From positions 1-44,538 of the forward strand of contig CAZYIH010000001.1 in the NCBI GenBank assembly GCA_964646915.1: a stretch of 44,538 bases of DNA, written 5' to 3'. This stretch comes from an uncultured Planctomycetaceae bacterium. Lineage in GTDB: Bacteria; Planctomycetota; Phycisphaerae; SM23-33. Made by a program: the position numbers and the translations under genes. The notes beneath the pieces are model-generated. The model had not been told where the DNA came from, did no database searches, and was given only the letters and a program-made list of their open reading frames with translations. This document shows, in pieces, positions 18,593 to 26,809 of this stretch (the first letter of the stretch is position 1; every line of letters begins with the position of its first letter).

Positions 18593-18809
18593 TGGGCGCG
18601 GGTCGCACCGGCGAGAAAGCGGAGATGCGGAATTCTTGGTCGGCGCCGCGCTGCGTGCTTCGCCGTCGGCTGCGCGCCGGAAATCAGAGCACCCATGGGC
18701 AGAATCCGGGCGCGCCGAAGCCGATCCGTCGCCTGCCCACCGGCCTGCTTGAGCGTAAAACAAACGCAAAGTGCTGCAAATAAAACCGTTAGCGGTTGGT
18801 GTGTCGTTC

Positions 18810-18825
18810 TGGCACGGAGGTTGCA
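18810..18825 (+). promoter_or_regulatory. sigma54 -24/-12 promoter of the plus-strand early flagellar operon
   Basis: Plus strand reads TGGCACggaggTTGCA, a full match to the consensus. It lies ~95 nt upstream of the ATG at 18921. Confidence 0.65.
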
Positions 18826-18920
18826 AACCTTCGGGCATCGCGATCCGCGCCGGCGACAGTGTCGGCCCGGGCAGATGAGCAAACGCCGCCCGCCAACAAA
18901 CCGGTATCAGGCAAAGAGCC

Positions 18921-21900
18921 ATGGCTGAGAAACCAAGCAAAGAACAAGCCCAAGCCGCCAACATGGCCTTCATTCAGCAGATGATGGCCAAGGGCAAGGA
19001 CAGCGTCGAAGTCATCGGAGGCGACGCGCCCGAACCCGCTCCCGAAGGTAACCCTTCCCCCACGCCCGAACAGCCCGCCGCCGATGCCGAGAAGAAAGCT
19101 GCCGACCAGGCCCCGGCCGCCGAAGCGCCGGCCGCCGATGCCGAGATGGACCAGGACGCGATCGACGCGATGATGGCAGCCCGTGCAGAGAAGAAAGCTG
19201 CCGACCCGGCCCCGGCTGAGGAAGCACCTGCCGCCGATGCCGAAATGGACCAGGACGCGATCGACGCGATGATGGCAGCCCGCGCGGAGAAGAAAACTGC
19301 CGACCCGGCCCCGTCCGACGAAGCACCTGCCGACCAGGCCCCGGCTGAGGAAGCGCCGGCCGCCGATGCCGAGATGGACCAGGACGCGATCGACGCGATG
19401 ATGGCAGCCCGTGCGGAGAAGAAAACTGCCGACCAGGCCCCGGCTGAGGAAGAAGCAACGCTCGATCAGGATGCCATTGACGCGATGATGACGTCGAAGT
19501 CCACGGGTGCCCCCGCTGCCGAAGCGCCGGCGGCTGAGACGAACCAGGAAGTCGACCAGGACGCGATCGACGCGATGATGGCGGCCCGCGAAAAGGCCAA
19601 GGCCGAGCCCAAGTCCGAGCCTGTCGCCGATTCCGGCGGGGCGATGGACTCGGACAAGAAGCTCGCAGCCGTCGCCGATTCGCTCTCGAAGGGCAAGTCC
19701 CTGTTAAGGAAGTGGTCGCTGGCCCACTGGCTGTTCTTCTCCAATGGGCTGATGGGGCTCATTCTCGTTCTGTCGCTGTCAATCGCCCTGAGCGGCAAGT
19801 CCAGCCCCGACGAGGCGACGGCTTCCATGCAGGACGAGGAGGGCATGGTTCCCTCGTCCAACGAATCGGTTCGCCTCCCGAAGATGGTGATTCCCGAGGT
19901 CGGACCCACCACCTGGGCCGAGGCGGAGGAAGCCCTGCTTTCCCAGCGGTATGAGCTTGCTTTGGCGCGGTACCGCAAGCTGATGGGATTGGCTGAGGTC
20001 CGCTGGGACAACCAGCGCATCATCGACCTGCTGAAGCTTCGCAGCGGCCAATGCCTGCTGAAACTCGGGCAGGCGGAGAAGGCGCGGAAGCTCTTCATCG
20101 AGGCCGCCCAGAGCGACTCGCCCATCGTGCGGGCATACGCCAACTATCGCCTCGGTCTGCTCCGGGTGGACCAGGGCTTGTACATGCGGGCCCGCACCCG
20201 GGGGTACATGGCCATTGCGGCGCTGGGCATGCTGGATTCGCCCACTCCGCTGGAGGCCGACTGCGACTATCTCATCGCTTCCTGCCTGACGCGGAAGGTG
20301 ATGAGTTTCTTCCGGCCTGACGAGAAAATTCACTGGTCCGACATCCAGAGCAGCGATCCGTTCATGGGGGTCAACGAGGACGCCCTGCTTCGCCTGATCG
20401 CTGAGGGCACCGACAAGACCCGCCGCAGCGTACTGGGCCCGATGCTCAAGCCCGCCACCGAGACGAGCGGGTTTGACGCCACCTGCTGGCGTGCACCTCT
20501 CACTGAGGTCATGCACCGTTTCGAGACGCAGAGCGGGCTGGATGTCAGCTGGGTAGCGGTGGGCATGCCCGTTCGTCGTCGCCCGGTAACGATGTTCCTT
20601 CGCGGCGCGTCGGCCCAGAGGGTCAGCGAGGTCGCCTGCGGCGTGGTCGAACTGGTGGCCAACTTCACCGGATCGAATGTGATGGTTCACGACATCCGTG
20701 CGATGAATTCCGTCGCCCAGGCTCGCGGGCTGCTCACGCGCCAGGCGGTGTCGGCATGGCGGCAGTTCTTCCTGCGTCGGCCTGACGACCCGCGCGTCGC
20801 GCATGGTCATCTGGCTTTGGCTCGGCTGTGCGAGGCCGAGGGCGATCGGGTCTCGGCGGTCCGGGAGTATCAGCTCATCGCCGAGCGTTACCGCGACCAC
20901 CCCGCCGCCCCCGAGGCGATGATGCGGTCGGCCAGGCTCAAGATTGATCTGCTGGACTACGACGGGGCCCGCAAGGATTTGCTGGACCTGCTGGACTCGT
21001 ACCCCGATTTCCACGCGACCGATCAGCTCTACCTTTCGCTGGGCAACGCCACCCTGGAGGCCGGCCTGCACGACGAGGCGTCCGGCGTCTATCGGAAGCT
21101 CTACTATCTGAATCTCTCACCCGAGACGCAGGCCCAGGCGTGCCTGGGAATCGGGCGATGCATGACCCACGAGCGCAACTGGGACGAGGCGATCCGCTGG
21201 CTGGGACGTTACATCGAGCGGACGCCCGAACAGGGCGGCGATGACCTGGTCGACGGAATGGTGCTGATGGCCAAAGCCCATACCAAGCAGGACCGGCTTG
21301 ACGAGGCGCTGAAGTATCTGTACCCGGCGATCTCAATCGACGCGTCCAACCCGCAGAACATCCGTGCGACGCTGGCGTTGGCGGACGTGCAGATTCTCAA
21401 GGACAACCTCGTGCGGGCCACAGGTGCCATCAGCCGCATTCCCAAGCGGTCTGTCCCGAAGGAATACCGGTACGATTACTACCGCGTGAAGTCCGAGGTG
21501 TACGCGGGAATGGGTCTGTTCAACCGGGCTTTGTCCGAGTTGCGGGAAGGCATCAACGAGACCGAGGATCTGACGTTGCGTGCCCGCCTGGGCGTGCAGG
21601 TCGGCAGAATCTACGTTCAGGCCGGCGAGCTGAAAAGTGCTCTCCGCGTGTTGACCGACGTGGTGGGCTCGGGTCAGCTTCTCACCGGTCCGATCGCCCA
21701 GTCGGCTGCCTGCGACCTCGGGCGGGTCTGCGTGAACCTCGGCAAGGCCGACCAGGCTGTCTCCGCGGTCCGCGACGTATTGGCCACCACCGGCGACGAG
21801 GACATCCGAGCCCGTGCCCGGGACATTCTCGGGACGGCCTACGCGATGCGGAAAGAGTTCAACAAGTCGGCCGACGTTCTCAGCGGACGCGCCGAGAAGA

Positions 21901-21923
21901 GAAAGACGGGAGGCTCGCAGTGA
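18921..21923 (+). CDS. 1000-aa bitopic membrane protein: cytoplasmic acidic N-terminus with 5x 'DQDAIDAMM' peptides, one TM helix, large extracytoplasmic TPR-rich domain
   Basis: Long ORF with non-artefactual composition. Five motif copies lie between aa ~76 and ~220. TM helix WSLAHWLFFSNGLMGLILVLSLSIAL (aa ~266-291). TPR-like repeats run through aa ~340-990. An STN/secretin-N-like alpha-beta segment lies at aa ~523-592 (PLTEVMHRFETQSGLDVSW...VVELVANFTGSNVMVHDI). Confidence 0.8.
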   Translation: MAEKPSKEQAQAANMAFIQQMMAKGKDSVEVIGGDAPEPAPEGNPSPTPEQPAADAEKKAADQAPAAEAPAADAEMDQDAIDAMMAARAEKKAADPAPAEEAPAADAEMDQDAIDAMMAARAEKKTADPAPSDEAPADQAPAEEAPAADAEMDQDAIDAMMAARAEKKTADQAPAEEEATLDQDAIDAMMTSKSTGAPAAEAPAAETNQEVDQDAIDAMMAAREKAKAEPKSEPVADSGGAMDSDKKLAAVADSLSKGKSLLRKWSLAHWLFFSNGLMGLILVLSLSIALSGKSSPDEATASMQDEEGMVPSSNESVRLPKMVIPEVGPTTWAEAEEALLSQRYELALARYRKLMGLAEVRWDNQRIIDLLKLRSGQCLLKLGQAEKARKLFIEAAQSDSPIVRAYANYRLGLLRVDQGLYMRARTRGYMAIAALGMLDSPTPLEADCDYLIASCLTRKVMSFFRPDEKIHWSDIQSSDPFMGVNEDALLRLIAEGTDKTRRSVLGPMLKPATETSGFDATCWRAPLTEVMHRFETQSGLDVSWVAVGMPVRRRPVTMFLRGASAQRVSEVACGVVELVANFTGSNVMVHDIRAMNSVAQARGLLTRQAVSAWRQFFLRRPDDPRVAHGHLALARLCEAEGDRVSAVREYQLIAERYRDHPAAPEAMMRSARLKIDLLDYDGARKDLLDLLDSYPDFHATDQLYLSLGNATLEAGLHDEASGVYRKLYYLNLSPETQAQACLGIGRCMTHERNWDEAIRWLGRYIERTPEQGGDDLVDGMVLMAKAHTKQDRLDEALKYLYPAISIDASNPQNIRATLALADVQILKDNLVRATGAISRIPKRSVPKEYRYDYYRVKSEVYAGMGLFNRALSELREGINETEDLTLRARLGVQVGRIYVQAGELKSALRVLTDVVGSGQLLTGPIAQSAACDLGRVCVNLGKADQAVSAVRDVLATTGDEDIRARARDILGTAYAMRKEFNKSADVLSGRAEKRKTGGSQ
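19084..19590 (+). repeat. in-frame coding tandem repeats (99-nt unit, three near-identical copies plus two diverged motif copies)
   Basis: gccgccgatgccga[g/a]atggaccaggacgcgatcgacgcgatgatggcagcccg... recurs at 19131, 19230 and 19359; the third unit carries a 30-nt insertion. Diverged copies lie at ~19458-19496 and ~19549-19590. Confidence 0.9.
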
Positions 21924-22732
21924 GTTCTCATCAGCGAATCTGCCTGCCGGCGATGGTTGTGGTCCTGCTGGGATTGCTGGCCGGGTCCGTCGGCGCCCAG
22001 GACGCCAACAGCGCCGACGCCAACGCCGTGACAGACGTTCGGCTGCCCCAGACGCCGCGGGGGGACGTGAGCATCCACGAGATGATCCGTCGCCTCAATG
22101 CCGCCGGTGCGGGGGTGGGCTTGGCGGACACCGCCCAGTCGATTCCGTCGCCCGACGGTTCGGCAGGGAAGGACCAGGCCCCCTCACACGACGCTTCAGA
22201 AGACAACAAAGAGATCGTCACCGACGCGAACTCCACCCCGGCGGAGCTGCTCGAGCAGATGAAGAAATTCTCGCCGGACACCGGGTCGGCCGGTGGGGAC
22301 TCGAACGACGCGAACACCCCGCGGCGACGCAAGGAGATCGATCTGAAGACCCTCCCGGCGGACACCGTGAAGAACCCCATTCTGCTGGCCGACGTGCTGT
22401 ATCTCGGCGGGCACTGGAAGGCGGCCTCCACGTTTTACGTGATGGTGACCGACGACAAGAAGAAAGGTCACTCCGCCCCCGACCAGGCGTGGGCCCTGTA
22501 CCAACTGGCCAATTGCCAGCGTCGGTTCGACCCGTCCCAGGCGAAGGTCACCTACAAGCGGCTGATCGAGGAATACTCCACCAGCCCGTGGGCGGCGGCT
22601 TCGCAGGTGCAGCAGAAACTGTTGACCTGGAAGCTCTCCAGCAAGCCCGAACAGCTCATCGAGAAGCATCGCAAGACCGGAATGGACGAGGTCAAGAACA
22701 TCCGGGAAGACGCCAGGAAGGGGACCCGTTAA
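21920..22732 (+). CDS. secreted protein with C-terminal TPR/YbgF-like module (270 aa)
   Basis: GTGA overlap with the upstream stop. Signal peptide (ICLPAMVVVLLGLLAGSVGAQD), a low-complexity acidic linker, and the C-terminus ALYQLANCQRRF...YKRLIEEYSTSPWAAASQ, resembling YbgF/CpoB-type TPR. Confidence 0.65.
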   Translation: MSSHQRICLPAMVVVLLGLLAGSVGAQDANSADANAVTDVRLPQTPRGDVSIHEMIRRLNAAGAGVGLADTAQSIPSPDGSAGKDQAPSHDASEDNKEIVTDANSTPAELLEQMKKFSPDTGSAGGDSNDANTPRRRKEIDLKTLPADTVKNPILLADVLYLGGHWKAASTFYVMVTDDKKKGHSAPDQAWALYQLANCQRRFDPSQAKVTYKRLIEEYSTSPWAAASQVQQKLLTWKLSSKPEQLIEKHRKTGMDEVKNIREDARKGTR

Positions 22733-22734
22733 GC

Positions 22735-24111
22735 ATGGCTGAGACGATCTATCCCAATGTGCTGGTGATCGACGACGACCAGGAAGCGACCCGCCGGGTG
22801 ACCGAATCCGTCGCGGCCCGCGGCCTGCGGGGGTTGGTGGTCGAGTCGCCCGACGAAGGGGCCGATCAGCTCGCCGAGGGGCGCTGGGACCTGGTGTTGA
22901 TCGATCTGGACACCGCCGGCGACCGGGGCGAGGAAATGATCCGGTCGATCCGTCGCGAGACACCCGAGACGCCCGCGTTGGTGATGGCCGGCGGCGACGG
23001 TACCCGCGCCGCGATCGGCGCCCTGCGGGCCGGCGCAGACGAAGTGCTCGTCAAGCCCATCGACCGCGACGAACTCGAAGCGATCCTCACCGAAATCCTC
23101 CCGAATCATCCGGTCACGACGGCCGCCGCCGACGAGGTCGGCGTGCAGTGCCTCGTCCACATCGTCGGCAAGAGCGAATCGCTGCAGCGGACGCTGGACC
23201 TGGCCGGCAGGGTTGCCCCCACCAGCGCCCCGGTGCTGCTGACCGGCGAGAGCGGAACGGGCAAGGAGCTGGTGAGCTACCTCATCCACCGTCGCAGCAA
23301 GCGGGCCCGCGGGCCTTACGTGCGGGTCAACTGTGCAGCCTTGAGCGAGTCGCTGCTGGAGAGCGAGCTGTTCGGCCACGAGCGCGGGGCGTTCACCGGC
23401 GCGCACCGGCAGACGCGGGGCAAGTTCGAACAGGCCCACGGCGGCACGCTGTTGCTGGACGAGATCTCCGAGACCGGCCCGCGGTTCCAGGGCCAACTGC
23501 TGCGGATCCTGGAGCATCAGGATTTCCATCGCGTCGGCGGTGAGCAGACGGTGCGGACGAACGTGCGTGTGATCGCGACCACCAACCGCGACCTCGCCGA
23601 GGCCGTCGAGAGCGGCCAGTTTCGCGCGGATCTGTATTACCGGTTGGCCGGCGTTCGCATTCCGCTGCCCGCCCTGCGTGAGCGGCGGGAGGACATCGAG
23701 GAGCTGGTGTGGCACTTCGTGAATATCTTCAGCCCGGAGGTCCGTCGCACGGTCGGCCGAATTTCGCCGGCGATGATGGACCTTCTGGAGCACTGCTCCT
23801 GGCCGGGGAATGTGCGACAGCTCCGCAACGCGGTGCGGACGGCGTTGATTTTCGGTAAGGGCGAGGAGCTCTCGCTGGAGGATGTTCCGCACCTGCAGGC
23901 CGAGCTTGCCGGCGTGACGATGGACGAGGATGACCGTGACGTGCTGCCCCTCCGCGAGATGGAGCGGCAGGCGATTTTCGATGCACTGCGACTGACAAAT
24001 TCCCACCAGGCCAAGGCGGCCCGTCTTCTGGGGATTACCGACCGGACGCTTCGTGACAAGCTCCGGCGATACCGCGAAGACGGCAAGCCCGTACCGATGG
24101 AGGTGGCATGA
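22735..24111 (+). CDS. sigma54-dependent response regulator (NtrC/FleR/FlrC/FlbD-type enhancer-binding protein)
   Basis: REC domain (VLVIDDD..., DLVLIDLD, LVKP). AAA+ domain with Walker A GESGTGKE, the GAFTGA loop (ERGAFTGA) and LLLDEI. C-terminal HTH (AKAARLLGITDRTLRDKLRRY). ATG at 22735 inside the long ORF 21814..24111. Confidence 0.93.
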   Translation: MAETIYPNVLVIDDDQEATRRVTESVAARGLRGLVVESPDEGADQLAEGRWDLVLIDLDTAGDRGEEMIRSIRRETPETPALVMAGGDGTRAAIGALRAGADEVLVKPIDRDELEAILTEILPNHPVTTAAADEVGVQCLVHIVGKSESLQRTLDLAGRVAPTSAPVLLTGESGTGKELVSYLIHRRSKRARGPYVRVNCAALSESLLESELFGHERGAFTGAHRQTRGKFEQAHGGTLLLDEISETGPRFQGQLLRILEHQDFHRVGGEQTVRTNVRVIATTNRDLAEAVESGQFRADLYYRLAGVRIPLPALRERREDIEELVWHFVNIFSPEVRRTVGRISPAMMDLLEHCSWPGNVRQLRNAVRTALIFGKGEELSLEDVPHLQAELAGVTMDEDDRDVLPLREMERQAIFDALRLTNSHQAKAARLLGITDRTLRDKLRRYREDGKPVPMEVA

Positions 24112-24473
24112 TGCCCATCAATCCCGGCGACATGATTCCGTACCTCGAGGCCGGCATTCGGGCCGGTTCGCTGCGGTCCAAGGCGATCGCCAACAACATC
24201 GCCAACCTGCAGACCGCCAACTACCGCCGAACGGACGTGAAGTTCGAGGAGATCCTCAAGGACCGCCTCAGCGACGATGAGCCGCTCGACCTGACCGACG
24301 TCGAGCCCACGCTCATCCGCCCGATGGCCACCCCGGTGGCAGCCAACGGGAACGACGTGGATGTCGACTCGGAAGTGGCGGCGATGATGCAGAACACCGG
24401 CAAGCTGAAGCTGTACCTGGCGACGCTACGGAAGAACTACGAAATGCTTAACGGCGCGATGAGAACCGAATAA
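24108..24473 (+). CDS. flgB: flagellar proximal rod protein
   Basis: SLRSKAIANNIANLQTANYRRTDV and the C-terminus NDVDVDSEVAAMMQNTGKLKLYLATL. ATGA overlap with the activator stop. Followed by flgC. Confidence 0.9.
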   Translation: MMPINPGDMIPYLEAGIRAGSLRSKAIANNIANLQTANYRRTDVKFEEILKDRLSDDEPLDLTDVEPTLIRPMATPVAANGNDVDVDSEVAAMMQNTGKLKLYLATLRKNYEMLNGAMRTE

Positions 24474-24485
24474 GGAACCCGCGAT

Positions 24486-24890
24486 ATGAACATCGAAAAC
24501 ATCCATACTCCCACGGCGATTGCGGTCAGCAGCATGAAGGCCAACGCCCTTCGCATGAAGGTGATCGCCAACAACATTGCCAACGCCAACTGCACCTCCA
24601 AGAACGGCGAGCCCTATCGACGCAAGGACGTGGTCACCTCGTCGCGCAACGACGAGTTGACCGGGATCAGCCTGGCCGACGTGGTCGAGGACAAATCCAG
24701 CCAGTTCCGCCCGGTGTACGAGCCCGGCCATCCGCACGCCAACGAGGAAGGCTACGTGCTCTATCCCAACGTGGAGGTCCCCAAGGAACTGACGCAGATG
24801 ATGCTCGCCAGCCGGCATTACCAGGCGAGCGTGGCCATCATGAAACAGAATCAGACCGTATCGCAATCCGCCCTGGAACTGCTGAAGTAG
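24486..24890 (+). CDS. flgC: flagellar proximal rod protein
   Basis: RMKVIANNIANANCT...PYRRKDV...GYVLYPNVEVPKELTQMMLASRHYQASV is the canonical FlgC signature. AAGGAA SD. Confidence 0.93.
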   Translation: MNIENIHTPTAIAVSSMKANALRMKVIANNIANANCTSKNGEPYRRKDVVTSSRNDELTGISLADVVEDKSSQFRPVYEPGHPHANEEGYVLYPNVEVPKELTQMMLASRHYQASVAIMKQNQTVSQSALELLK

Positions 24891-24900
24891 GAGAGACGAC

Positions 24901-25209
24901 ATGCCCGGTATTCAACCAACAAGTGGAGTTGTAAACGCACAATGGTCGCAGGCGGCCCAGCAGATCGGCAAGACCGAGATGACGCCCAAGGCGAGCTTCT
25001 CGGACCTGATCAAGGACGCCATCCAGACCGTCGACGGCGAGCAGCAGCAGTCTTCTTCGATGCTGCAGGACCTCTTGGCCGGTCGGCGTCAGGACACGAT
25101 GGCCGTCGCCTCGCAGGTCGCCAAGGCCGACATGAGCTTCAAACTGCTGATGGGCGTGCGGAACAAGATGATCTCCGCCTACAAGCAAACCATGAACATG
25201 CAGGTCTGA
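24901..25209 (+). CDS. fliE: flagellar hook-basal body complex protein
   Basis: 102 aa; FSDLIKDAIQTVDGEQQQS...AVASQVAKADMSFKLLMGVRNKMISAYKQTMNMQV matches the FliE pattern. Located between flgC and fliF. Confidence 0.88.
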   Translation: MPGIQPTSGVVNAQWSQAAQQIGKTEMTPKASFSDLIKDAIQTVDGEQQQSSSMLQDLLAGRRQDTMAVASQVAKADMSFKLLMGVRNKMISAYKQTMNMQV

Positions 25210-25264
25210 CCTCCGAGAAATCCGCGAGCGAACGCAACAAACGACCCTTGGAAGGGCATGAACC

Positions 25265-26806
25265 GTGGCTGAAATCGTACAGAACATGAATCACCTGTGG
25301 CAGCGGACGAGCCTCATGCAGCGCGTGGTCCTCATCGGCGTGGCTGTGGCGTGTCTGGCGGCGGTGGGGCTGTTGGTCAACTGGGCATCGCAGCCGAAAA
25401 TGTCGCTGCTGTTCAGCGAGCTGGACACAGCCGAAGCGGGCAAGATCGTCCAGAAGATCGACGAGATGGGCGTGGCGTACGAGCTTCGCGGGAATGGTAC
25501 GAGCATCTACGTCGCCGAGGCCGACGTCCACCAGACGCGTCTGTCGCTGGCGGCAGAGGGATTGCCCGTGGGTGGAGGAAATCGCCCGGGGTTCAAGCTG
25601 CTGGACGAGTCGAAGATCGGCCAGAGCCCGTTCATGCAGGAGAAGACCTACTTCCGCGCCCTGGAAGGGGAGATCGGTCGAACCATTCAGCTCATCGACG
25701 GGGTGATTTCGTCCCGCGTGCACATCGTTCAGCCCGCCTCGCCCCTGCTGGGCGGACAGGGCAAGCAGGCCTCGGCGTCGGTGGTGGTGCAGACCCGTCG
25801 CGGTTACACGATGAGTCGAGACAATGTCTCGGCGATCGTGCACCTGGTCGCCGGCAGCGTCGAGGGGCTCGCCAATGATCGGGTCGCCATCGTGGATCAC
25901 ACCGGTAAGCTGCTTTCGCAGGACAACTCCGGCGACGACGGCGGAAAGGCCAATGGCGTTCTGGACCTCCGCGGCAAGTGGGAAGACTACTTCGTGGAGA
26001 AAATCGAGGCGGTTCTCAAGCCCGTCCTCGGGCCCGACCGGGTGGCCGTCCGGGTGGATATCGAACTGGATATGACCTCCAGCGAGGAGATGGTCGAGCA
26101 GGCCCAGCAGGAAGGCGTCACCGTCGAGGAGCTCATCAAGGAAGAAAGCAGCGTTCAGCCCGTGCAGGGAAACGCCGACGCCGGAGCCGGTCAGCCTGCC
26201 GGTCAGACCCGCAAGAGCGAGACGAAGACCAAGACGCGTCCGCTGCTGAACATCAGGAAGGTGATAAACCCTGCCGGTACGATCAAATCGCGTCATGTGG
26301 CGGTGGTGGTGGACCTCACCCCGCCAAAGGCCGATACAAAGGAGGGCGAGGCCCAGCCCGCCGGCGCCGGGGAGAAGATCATGAGCGTCGATGAGGTCCG
26401 CCGCCTGGTGGCCCGTGCGATCGGCGTGGGAAACGATCAGAAGATCGAGGACAGCATCGAGGTGGTGGATCGTACGTTTCAGGGGGCGAAGTTGGCGGGC
26501 ATCGCCGGTATGTCCGGCGACGGGCAGAACCCGATGGAACTGTACTTTGAGATCGCGCGACGGTCTTCTCTGGGGCTTCTGGTGGTCGGGGCGCTGGTTG
26601 CCCTGCGGATCTTCCGGGGCCCGCGGACCAAGCCCGGCGACGTGACCATCACCGACGAAGCCAACGCCCTGCCCGATGGAGCCAACGCCGGGGAGAAGCT
26701 TGCCGCACGCGATCGGATCTCCCGTGCCCTGCAGGAGAACCCCGAACAGGTCAAGAAACTGTTCCTCAGCTGGGCCCAGGCCGGCTCGGACGATGAGGAG
26801 GGATAG
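25265..26806 (+). CDS. fliF: flagellar MS-ring protein
   Basis: N-terminal TM helix, LFSELDTAEAGKIVQKIDEMGVAYELRGNGTSIYV and RLSLAAEGLP motifs, and a second TM helix near the C-terminus. GTG start with GGAAGGG SD; an ATG at 25286 is the alternative. Confidence 0.93.
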   Translation: MAEIVQNMNHLWQRTSLMQRVVLIGVAVACLAAVGLLVNWASQPKMSLLFSELDTAEAGKIVQKIDEMGVAYELRGNGTSIYVAEADVHQTRLSLAAEGLPVGGGNRPGFKLLDESKIGQSPFMQEKTYFRALEGEIGRTIQLIDGVISSRVHIVQPASPLLGGQGKQASASVVVQTRRGYTMSRDNVSAIVHLVAGSVEGLANDRVAIVDHTGKLLSQDNSGDDGGKANGVLDLRGKWEDYFVEKIEAVLKPVLGPDRVAVRVDIELDMTSSEEMVEQAQQEGVTVEELIKEESSVQPVQGNADAGAGQPAGQTRKSETKTKTRPLLNIRKVINPAGTIKSRHVAVVVDLTPPKADTKEGEAQPAGAGEKIMSVDEVRRLVARAIGVGNDQKIEDSIEVVDRTFQGAKLAGIAGMSGDGQNPMELYFEIARRSSLGLLVVGALVALRIFRGPRTKPGDVTITDEANALPDGANAGEKLAARDRISRALQENPEQVKKLFLSWAQAGSDDEEG

Positions 26807-26809
26807 CCC

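Noticed and set aside
18188-18973. 261-aa minus-strand ORF spanning the divergent intergenic region, plus smaller ORFs at 18396-18984
   Set aside because: It runs across both sigma54 promoters and into fliK. The composition is Arg/Pro/Ala/Cys-rich and there is no SD. The region is better explained as a non-coding control region.
19084-19590. Tandem DNA repeats that could superficially suggest a CRISPR array or VNTR
   Set aside because: The units are 99 nt with no spacer/repeat alternation. They are in-frame within a long ORF and encode a repeated peptide, so they are reported as a coding repeat instead.
19779-21071. 430-aa minus-strand ORF, plus similar ones at 2836-4332, 4762-5949, 6842-7981, 8706-9998, 22729-24006 and 28174-30039
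   Set aside because: All are mirror-frame ORFs opposite well-supported genes. None has a recognisable domain, and all are rich in Arg/Gly/Pro/His as expected from antisense translation of GC3-rich codons.
21814-22734. N-terminal 307-aa extension of the activator ORF (21814..24111). Similar 5' extensions occur at 42321-42806, 18283-18483, 8845-9144, 434-844 and 2690-2929.
   Set aside because: The extensions overlap upstream genes in another frame and are Arg/Pro/Gly-rich. Each has an internal ATG with a good SD where the recognisable protein family begins.
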